DNA of 35,475 nt from Octopus bimaculoides (lineage: Eukaryota). The translations under genes and the position numbers were made by a program. The DNA lies in contig NC_068991.1 of the NCBI RefSeq assembly GCF_001194135.2, positions 25,907,272 through 25,942,746 of the forward strand, read 5' to 3'. Shown here piece by piece: positions 11,820 to 20,864 of this stretch. The notes under the pieces were generated by a model. The model saw nothing but the letters and a program-made list of their open reading frames with translations. It was not told the DNA's origin and ran no database searches. Position 1 is the stretch's first letter. The number at the start of each line of letters is the position of its first letter.

Positions 11820-14460
11820 ATATNNNNNNNNNNNNNNNNNNNNNNNNNNNNNNNNNNNNNNNNNNNNNNNNNNNNNNNNNNNNNNNNNNNNNNNNNNNNN
11901 NNNNNNNNNNNNNNNNNNNNNNNNNNNNNNNNNNNNNNNNNNNNNTATATATATATATATCAGCATACATGAATATATAACGATTCTTAATTACATGTAA
12001 ATAAGCTGGATAACTTCAAATAGAATGTACTTGTTCTTGTATACGCTATGTTGATCTGATTAGGGCTGTCTTGGAGCTAGTAAAACGACAACTGCAACAA
12101 TAGCAACGACAACAATCAAGATCCACGGCAAAACACACTTGTTAATTTTGTTTTGTTTAGATTTTTATATTCGTTCATTAATTATTCGATCATTAACAGC
12201 AATTTGTGAAAAATAATGGGAATTGTATTGGTTAACTGCTCTGTAAAACTTATTGTCCTGATTTTATTTTATGTGTATACTGAGGTATTGAGAGGAAATA
12301 CAATCTTCCCCATACGGAATCACGATGACAATCTCATGTCAACGTTTTTAGCAAAAAACACTGCAGCTAGGCATATTGATATCACCACCAGATAGCAGAA
12401 TTTAACAGTAGTTTAACTGACATAACTCTGTTAAAGGAAAAAAAGAAGAGAAGTAAATGTAAAGATAGCCTTTCTCTGCGAAATATTGCTCAATCTTATA
12501 AGTGTCAGTTTGAAAGCGCGCTTTCAGATAAAGTGATAGCTTCTACAATACACATTAGGAAAAATATTCTTAATTATGACATTAATCTGACATTTGAAGT
12601 CACGAAAACAATGACAAAAAATATAGTTAAAATGGGTAATTTTTCAATAAGGCTATTTACAATAAAATAGTATAAGAAACACAACTTTGTGTCATCAATA
12701 TTTCTCTTCCGCGTTTCAGATTTATTCTGGACTTAGTATATATCTTATCTATACAACATGACATCGTATCAGCTGAAATTGTTTTGTTCAATGTGGATAA
12801 ATTTTGATCAATATCAGAACTGTCATGATCGGAAAATGCTATAAGCTTAGATAAACTTTGATAGATTTCAGCTAGTATTGATTGATCCATATAGTTTTTA
12901 ACTCTAACACACCACCTGGTGAAGTCATCAAACTCTTTGTTTGGGAGACCATTGCTCAGTCGATTAAGGAACTGTTATTGACTGAAATATATGCAGCTGT
13001 AGGCAATTTATCGGGAATTTCTTGGAAGATTTTTACAGATACATTTGATAGGCTTAGAAATTTTTGTTTCCTTGATTTGTTGTGGAAATATTGAATAGAA
13101 CAGTTCTGATTCAGGATAAAAGATGTGTCATGATGCGGTTGCTATGTATAGAAGGTTCAGTTTCGGTATTGGGTAGGTGTTACATCTTGATTCATTTCTA
13201 AAACTTGATTCTAACCCTAATGGTATATTTTCCATAATGTACAAATAGTGTTGGATTTCCAAAGAGCTGCACTGGATAGGTGATCTCAGAATTCAGGGGA
13301 TCACATGCCACATATTATTAATGAGATTCATGCCGTATAAAAATTCAATATTATTACATAATGCTATTGAGTAGAAGTAACATAGAACAGTAATAATGCT
13401 TGGCCGTGAAGGCAAGTATTTTGTTCTACAAAAGGGACTTGGAGTTCGGTGCTACTGTTAGGTTCCTTAGGGAAGTGTCAGTCTATTACTAAGAACATTG
13501 GTTTTTAGCAGACGACACACTTCCGAGTTGCGAGTGAAACTGTACGGACACTTGTTACAAATATACACACTTGTTTGTGTGTATGTGTGTATTTTATGAT
13601 TTCCTTATTCATAGCGGTTACAACGTATAACGTCTGTTACAAGTCAATGTATTCATGTCTTAAAGTAAAACCACTGGTAAGAATAGTGCATAATAAGAAT
13701 TATTGAACACTGAGTGAGATGGGGTTACGAGGTACGCAATAACTTAAAGCTTAAAGCTCTTTTTTCTATTAAAAAAACATGTAATCAGATCTGAGAGGGC
13801 GTGCATACAGCGGAAGCAGCTATATGCTAACGAGGCTGAGTACATAAATCCTTTTCCTTTGTTATTTATTCATAAAATATATATAATACGGATGTCAGTC
13901 TGTATGCGTTTCTATGTGTCTCTGTGTATGTGTGTCACTTACTTGCATGCTCTTGTATTCATGCAAACATTTTCAGAATCACTGCTTGAAAAACGATGTT
14001 TTTTGTTTTTGTCTCGTAACTCAGCGATTAGGTAAACAAATCAATACCCGGCATAAAACAACAATTGGGAAGGGTACAATAGACTAGTGCCCTTCAAAGA
14101 AGTGGCGAAGTATAGTGATAAACAGATGACTGAAACAAATGAGTACAAAACTGACAGTATCCATCTGTCTGTGTTTGTATGTATGTATGTGCCTGTCTGT
14201 ATTCTGTCATACATATATTTATGTATGTATGTATATATTTGTAACGACCTGGTAGTCATAATCCAAATCTACACAACCAAAAATAATGGGGTGAACCCAA
14301 AACAACAACACACCATGAAGGTTTTTAAAATATTATTAACAATTAAGTGTCAGCATACACAAACAACCTACATACAAACAAATATATTGAATAAATATCT
14401 TAATGCTACACTAGAGGTGCAGTCAAAATATTTACAAAGTAAAATAAATACAGTTTAGAC

Positions 14461-14650
14461 ATTTGGATTCAGAAATATGGTTTCATAAACTGGATTTCAT
14501 AAATTTGGATTCGTAAATTTGGTTTCATAAATTTGGATTCCGAAATTTGGTTTTCGAAATTTCGATTCCGAAATCTGGTTTCATAAATTTGGTTTCATAA
14601 ATTTGGTTTTTGAAATGCAGTTTCATAAATTTGGATTTCGAAATTTGGAC
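14461..14650. repeat. 14-bp minisatellite, about 13.5 units (ATTTGGTTTCATAA / ATTTGGATTCCGAA variants)
   Basis: Units parsed by eye at exact 14-bp period. Confidence 0.92.
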
Positions 14651-15413
14651 CTAAACATAAATAAATCTAATGTCAAAGCAACCACTGAAACTAAAATTTC
14701 ATGACACAAAACGGCTGTCAGACTACCTCAATAATTATAGTTAAGAGATAAATAGTCAAACAAATAATCTAGTTTGCTTTAAATTCACAGAAAACTACTT
14801 CATACTGAGTAACCATTAGACAAAATTTACAAAAAATTGGCTTCATAAAAAATTAAATTCATGAACCACTCTCGCTATTTATACAAATTTGTCAACCTTT
14901 ATCTTAACAGAAAATAGCTAGCAAAATTATTACACAACCTGCCACAAAGCAGGGTTCAACATTCACATAAATATTGCAATAACATAACTTAAGAGATGTT
15001 TGTACTCACCCAGATGTGACAGAGAAATAATTTAAATCTGACAAGCAAAAGTTCTGGCGAGTTCTTGGAGCATAAAATAAATCCATAAATGCCTAACACA
15101 AAGCACAGAGTGCATAAACTAAACAGGCAATTATAGCTTCCAGATTCCAATTGAACGACCTTGTCTCACAGAAGAAAACTGTAACTGTCACAAAAACCGA
15201 GTGTACAATTATCTCTGCTTATAATGGTTTGCTAAGGTCTAGTCAAATTCTTACAGTTTCACAGTTTGGCTATTTACACCTAACTTCCCCCATTTTGACA
15301 ATGGACTTGACCCTGACCTTACAGTGCAGCATGCAAAACTCTGTTTATCTGTTTACTTCTCAACATTTATAATGCAGTGTAGGTAACACTGACCAATGAT
15401 AATATTATTATTT

Positions 15414-15636
15414 AAGGCGGCGAGCTGGCAGAAACGTTAGCACGCCGGGCGAAATGCTTAGCGTATTTCGTCTGCCGCTACGTTCTGAATTCAAATTCCG
15501 CCGAGGTCGACTTTGCCTTTCATCCTTTCAGGGTCGATAAATTAAGTATCAGTTACGCACTGGGGTCGACTTAATTCGTGTGTCTGTCCTTGTTTGTCCC
15601 CTCTATGTTTAGCCCCTTGTGGGTAGTAAAGAAATA
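15414..15636 (+). mobile_element. tRNA-derived SINE, near full length (cephalopod type)
   Basis: A-box-like TGGCAGAAACGTT, B-box-like TTCAAATTCC, body GTCGACTTTGCCTTTCATCCTTTCAGGGTCGATAAATTAAGTA; related copies at 8785, 26285, 26715, 27402. Confidence 0.85.
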
Positions 15637-15706
15637 ATGATAATATTATTTCATGCTATACACATAAAACAGGCATAATTTTTAAGAAAAACTTAATTTC
15701 TTAACA

Positions 15707-15754
<48 letters not shown>

Positions 15755-15756
15755 CT

Positions 15757-16470
15757 ATTAGAAAATGGAGAATAATATGCTGTACCCAACGACTTGCAGA
15801 CAGTGTATTCCTTTGAATTAATTAACTTATTTTGTAACTATATATATATGTGTACTCACATATATATATATGATCGTGAATCATTGGACATCTAAGTATG
15901 GTTATGCACACAGACTTATATATTTGAGTGTCTATGACTATTTGTATGACCTCATGTACAGTTTGTAGGCTTTTTATGTGCCTTATATATTTATATTCTT
16001 CTATATTTTTATATTTTATATTTTCATTTTTCATTTATTTATTTGTTTATTTTATTTTTGCTGTAACCTTATCTTTATTTTTATTTTTTTAATTTTTACT
16101 TCTATTTCATTTTTGTTTTTATCTCTTACTGTATATCTGTATGGAATGTTTTGTGAATCTCTGAAGAGGCCTAGCGAATTATGCATGTACCCCTATTTCA
16201 GCATTTCATCCGCTAATTACTCCACCAGGAGCTATTCGGATAGAATGGGGCATGCCGACGCTAGGCCGAAACAACTGTAAGTTTATGTTTATTCTCAAAT
16301 TCCTAATGTACTTTTATTTGTAAACCCGGTTGTCAATATAACATGGTTCGTCATAAACACTTGTATTTTGTGTTTTTTTGTCACTTTAGTTACAAAATAA
16401 ATTAATTAATTCAACGGAATACACTGTCTGAAAGTCGTTGGGTACAGCATGTTATCCTCCATTTTCTAAT
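15757..16470. repeat. 84-bp inverted repeat pair (15757-15840 / 16387-16470) enclosing an HHR
   Basis: Manual reverse-complement alignment, 5 mismatches in 84 bp. Confidence 0.92.
16153..16286 (+). ncRNA. Type I hammerhead ribozyme with a 100-nt extended stem II
   Basis: CTGAAGA(16161-67)-GGCCTAGCG..82 nt..CGCTAGGCC-GAAA(16268-71)-C aact GTA; stem I GTGAATCT / AGTTTAT with one bulge. Confidence 0.78.
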
Positions 16471-16891
16471 TGATATATAAATTTAGGGTAAAACAACCCC
16501 CCTTTTACCCGCACCCACTTATTACACTTGGTATAACACTAGTGTAACAATAATTGGGTACCCTCCCAGCAGTATATTGGATAGATACTATCCCTTAGTG
16601 GGTTGAATCCTCAACCCCTAACTCTCTTGCATTANNNNNNNNNNNNNNNNNNNNNNNNNNNNNNNNNNNNNNNNNNNNNNNNNNNNNNNNNNNNNNNNNN
16701 NNNNNNNNNNATTAACAGTAACTGCATGATAAAGTGAAGTATATTTGCCATTTAAATGTGGCTGACCCCTAAGGATGGATATTACTGTTGCTTTTAGCCC
16801 CAGGAGAACATCTCCTCCAGCTGGCTTATCGACACACATCTGTGTCCTGTCTCTTTTTGCCAAGGGAAGTTATCCCTCCCATCTTGGCCTG

Positions 16892-16948
16892 CGATACGTA
16901 CGGACCCGAGTTTCAGGGTTATTTCCCTTCTTCAGCGTACGATAATCG
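16892..16948 (-). ncRNA. Canonical type I hammerhead ribozyme (minus copy)
   Basis: Reverse complement CGTACG-CTGAAGA-AGGG aaataa CCCT-GAAAC tcgg GTC-CGTACG; predicted cleavage between 16903 and 16902. Confidence 0.92.
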
Positions 16949-17340
16949 CCGACCTTCGATGAGAAGGACAATCCTTTGGCAAAATATAAGTCTTTTTCCA
17001 GTTATTTGAAGTTATTCACTGATATCAGGACACAGATGTGTGTCGATAAGCCAGCTGGAGGAGATGTTCTCCTGTGGCTAAAAGCAACAGTAACATCCAC
17101 CCTTAGGGGTCAGCCACATTTAAATGGCAAATATACTTCACTTTATNNNNNNNNNNATCCACCCTTAGGGGTCAGCCACATTTAAATGGCAAATATACTT
17201 CACTTTATCGTGCAGTTACTGTTAATACCTCGTTCAGAGATTTAACATTGCTTGTTTTCACTTTTCCGATATCAGTGAATAGCTTCACTGGAAAAAGACT
17301 TATATTTTGCCAAGGGATTGTCCTTCTCATCGAAGGTCGG

Positions 17341-17396
17341 CGATTATCGTACGCTGAAGAAGGGAAATAACCCTGAAACTCGGGTCCGTACGTATC
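17341..17396 (+). ncRNA. Canonical type I hammerhead ribozyme (plus copy)
   Basis: CGTACG-CTGAAGA(17354-60)-AGGG aaataa CCCT-GAAAC(17375-79) tcgg GTC-CGTACG; predicted cleavage after 17386. Confidence 0.93.
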
Positions 17397-17940
17397 NNNN
17401 NNNNNNNNNNNNNNNNNNNNNNNNNNNNNNNNNNNNNNNNNNNNNNNNNNNNNNNNNNNNNNNNNNNNNNNNNNNNNNNNNNNNNNNNNNNNNNNNNNNN
17501 NNNNNNNNNNNNNNNNNNNNNNNNNNNNNNNNNNNNNNNNNNNNNNNNNNNNNNNNNNNNNNNNNNNNNNNNNNNNNNNNNNNNNNNNNNNNNNNNNNNN
17601 NNNNNNNNNNNNNNNNNNNNNNNNNNNNNNNNNNNNNNNNNNNNNNNNNNNNNNNNNNNNNNNNNNNNNNNNNNNNNNNNNNNNNNNNNNNNNNNNNNNN
17701 NNNNNNNNNNNNNNNNNNNNNNNNNNNNNNNNNNNNNNNNNNNNNNNNNNNNNNNNNNNNNNNNNNNNNNNNNNNNNNNNNNNNNNNNNNNNNNNNNNNN
17801 NNNNNNNNNNNNNNNNNNNNNNNNNNNNNNNNNNNNNNNNNNNNNNNNNNNNNNNNNNNNNNNNNNNNNNNNNNNNNNNNNNNNNNNNNNNNNNNNNNNN
17901 NNNNNNNNNNNNNNNNNNNNNNNNNNNNNNNAAGTCTGTC

Positions 17941-17990
17941 ATACCGGCCATGACGAAGGGAAATAGCCCTGAAACTCGAGTCGCCTTTAT
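17941..17990 (+). ncRNA. Sister hammerhead motif with palindromic loop III and a 1-nt core defect
   Basis: GGC-C(A)TGACGA-AGGG aaatag CCCT-GAAAC tcga GTC-GCC. Confidence 0.78.
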
Positions 17991-18234
17991 ATATTTATAT
18001 ATTTGATCCTTTATATTGAACACTCAATATTTCATCTACATTCAATACTTTCTTTCATGGTGCCATCCATTTTTATTTTATTTTATTTTATATTGTATAT
18101 TGTATATTATATTATATATTGTATATTCCATATTCTATACCCCACATTAGTTCTGCAGGAATATAAATAAAACATAAAAAAACAGACAGTGTTGGAACTC
18201 TTTTAAACAAAATAATATATATATATATATATAC

Positions 18235-18420
18235 CCCCATCGCTTGACAACCGATGTTGGTGTGTTTAAGTCCACGCAATGTAGCGATTCGGCAATAGAA
18301 ACCGATAAGATAATTAGTAGGCTTGCAGAAAATAAATTCTGGAGTCTATTTGTTCGAGTAAAGGCGATGCTCCAGCAGGGCCGCAGTCAAATGATTCAAA
18401 CAAAATAGAGAAAAAAAGAA
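18235..18420 (+). mobile_element. SINE 3' half (second cephalopod-type family)
   Basis: TGACAACCGATGTTGGTGTG..AAAGGCGATGCTCCAGCAGGGCCGCAGTCAAATGATTCAAAC plus A-rich tail; related to 28925-29022. Confidence 0.7.
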
Positions 18421-18684
18421 TAAAAAAATATATCATTCGAAGTGTACAGTATCATAAACATTACGACTGATGTTACCAGTCCGTTTCCTGCTAGAGATTC
18501 AACAGAATGCTAGTTAACAATCTAGTTATGTAATCTTGCGTTCATCAGAGGTACCTAACCTGAAACTGATTGGTAAGATTGGCTGTAATGGAGATATAGT
18601 ACTATACACTTCGAATGATATACCCACTCAATTGACACATACAGGAGTGTATTTTTTTCTGACTTATGGACTCTTAGACGATTT

Positions 18685-18706
18685 ACACACACACACACAC
18701 ACACAT

Positions 18707-18738
<32 letters not shown>

Positions 18739-18757
18739 CTCCACACACACACACACA
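18685..18757. repeat. (CA)n microsatellite
   Basis: Direct reading. Confidence 0.95.
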
Positions 18758-19109
18758 GAGTAAAGAATTTCGTTGAAGAGATTTTCCCCACATGGTGTGT
18801 TGTAGTGAAATATATATATAACAAAAGAAGGAAAATGCACACAATTTATATAGTTTAACTTTATTTTATAAAATAGAATATTACGAAAAGCTACTGGCTT
18901 ATATATCCACACACACACACAACACAAACGCAGACACAAAAGAATGCGGATAATAAAATCCAGGCAAGTACTTTTCGAGGACTCTGTAATAACAACACCT
19001 GACTAAGTAGATCGCCGAGTGATAACCGTTGTGTATCAAGTGGTCCATACAATTACATTTGTATTCTTGTTCGATTAGCGAAACGTATGTACGAATTTCA
19101 AGATTTCAG

Positions 19110-19237
19110 TATACAGTAGTAACTCGGATTTCGAACAACTCTGATTACAACTAAATCGTGCTTATCTCCTGTATTTCTAATATTCATTTAATACAGAAGT
19201 ACCTAGGTTTACGAACGCCTCTGATAACGAATAAATC
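19110..19237 (+). mobile_element. Two tandem Tigger/pogo-like terminal fragments
   Basis: TA-CAGTAGTAACTCGGATTTCGAAC and TA-CAGAAGTACCTAGGTTTACGAAC resemble each other and 22801; TA+CAG start typical of pogo/Tigger. Confidence 0.55.
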
Positions 19238-19240
19238 GTC

Positions 19241-19282
<42 letters not shown>

Positions 19283-19329
19283 AGTTTTTTGTACTTCTCC
19301 ATATCTGTTAGTATAAACTTTATGTTTGT

Positions 19330-20543
19330 TGAGTAGTACCCTTCAGGCATTTTAACTCTTACAGTTGATTTCATTTTTCAAATTTTTCTCTCGATGGCCG
19401 AGCTCGTCACATAAGTCATCAGACATGGCTTATTTTCGTGACTGTCCTGCGAGGTTTGTGTGTATGCTTGTGTTTCTGTTAGTGTACATTCATCTGGAGA
19501 CTGTGGGTAGGTTGGGATATTTGTGGTTTTCTCGGGTGTTTGCGGCGGTGTGGTACACTGTGTGAGTGTTTTCTATATTTTTCCTGTGTATTGGGTGCTT
19601 GTGTGTTACCTGTTTCGTTTCGTTTAGTTTCTTCGGTGTGGGGTGGGATTTTTTAGTTCCTTTCTCTTTCTGCTCTGTACCTCCTGGAACGCTTCATCTG
19701 TACTTTCCACGTGTTTCTTCCATGGTTTCCTCTTTTATCTCGTCTCTCTTGCTGTTCTCTTCATCTCCTCCTCCGCTGGTATCTGGTTATTTAAAAGGAG
19801 GAAGCTCACCTTTATGTGCCCCCTCTTTCTGCAGTGGTAGCAGGTGGAAGGTCTCTCCTTCACCACCACTCGCAGCTTCACTTCTTCTGGTGGCATAATT
19901 TCCTCTACAATTTCTTCCAAGTCCCGTAAGGTGGCTTGAATTACAACTTCCAAGCCATATCCTCAACCGTTCAGTTGCCTTGTGCGAGTCACTTGCAGTA
20001 TTTTGGGTCCTCTTTTGTTCCCGTCAAAATTGTTGCAAGCAGCCAAAGCTCGGCTATCTCACGGGGTACCCTGCCAATCCTTATTCTCGCCAATCATTTA
20101 CCGAGATACGTTGGCAAGAGTGTCCACTCTTCCGTTGTCAGTAGCGTAGTGGAGTGCTTTATTGACTCCTCTGTCGTAGCAAAACGCACTTTCACTGAAC
20201 CGAATCTTCTTCCTCTACAAAAAATTGGATATCATTCTTGATTTCTTTCAGGCACTCTTCTATGGCTTCTTCAATTACCATTTCATATTTTCTTGCTCTT
20301 GACTCACAACGCTCTATAATCCACCATATTCTTATTTTTCATTTTTGTAGCATCTTCAGCGGGAGTCAGCTCTAGCCTTGACTCCTCTCTCTGAATTAGA
20401 TCCTTGCTCCTCTTCAAAATTTTCAAATCCACCTGTACCCCTTCCACTTCCAGCAGGTTAATGGTGGGTGTAACATTTTCGCGGCTTGCTACAGACGCGT
20501 AGCTCCTGGTTCGTATTTGCTCGGGTGTTTGTACCGCTTCCAT
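19330..20543 (-). pseudogene. gag/ORF1-like protein with zinc knuckle (L1/Tx1-type ORF1-like), frameshifted
   Basis: N-terminal RSYASVAS, RIRIGRVPREIAELWLLATIL, CYHCRKRGHIKVSF (CX2CX4HX4[C>F]), low-complexity P/T/Q tail. Confidence 0.65.
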
Positions 20544-20772
20544 AGCTCAATGCTATTTTCTTCCCCCGAATGGGGGAGAAAGCAAAAAACAATTCAAACA
20601 GTACAACAAGTAGTTAACTATAGTTCAACAGTTTCAACAATAGATAAACCCGTTAGGGAGAACCCTCAACAGAAGGTAACTTATCTGTAACGGAATCACA
20701 AGTGATTTAACATAGAACAACACGGTTTTTTACAAGCTCATAGACTCTCTCCACACACTCTGCGCATGTCCA

Positions 20773-20809
20773 TTTATATTGTGACAGTCCATTACGAGCC
20801 AGCCAATTA
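20773..20809 (-). promoter_or_regulatory. Candidate TATA box and CCAAT box upstream of the ORF1-like gene
   Basis: TATAAA on minus at 20773-78; AGCCAAT at 20801-07, about 30 bp further upstream. Confidence 0.4.
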
Positions 20810-20831
20810 GGGGTGTTCTACTTCCACACAG

Positions 20832-20864
<33 letters not shown>

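Larger units (their letters stand above)
16711..17396. mobile_element. Retrozyme-like (or PLE pseudo-LTR-derived) non-autonomous element: inverted pair of a circularly permuted unit of about 352 nt
   Basis: Minus strand 17026->16711 reads segments C-B-A; plus strand 17026->17396 reads A-D-C; each copy carries the same canonical HHR; no RT or endonuclease remnants. Confidence 0.75.

Noticed and set aside
14461-14650. Array as a CRISPR-like repeat
   Set aside because: Contiguous units with no spacers, in eukaryotic context.
17095-17208. 52-bp direct duplication on both sides of the 10-N gap
   Set aside because: Identical sequence at both contig ends is typical of an unmerged overlap; it cannot be counted as a real tandem copy without long reads.
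19380-19430. Minus-strand CTGATGA / GTGACGA..CTCG/CGAG..GAAA
   Set aside because: Core and stems cannot be assembled into one HHR; it lies in the ORF1-like tail.
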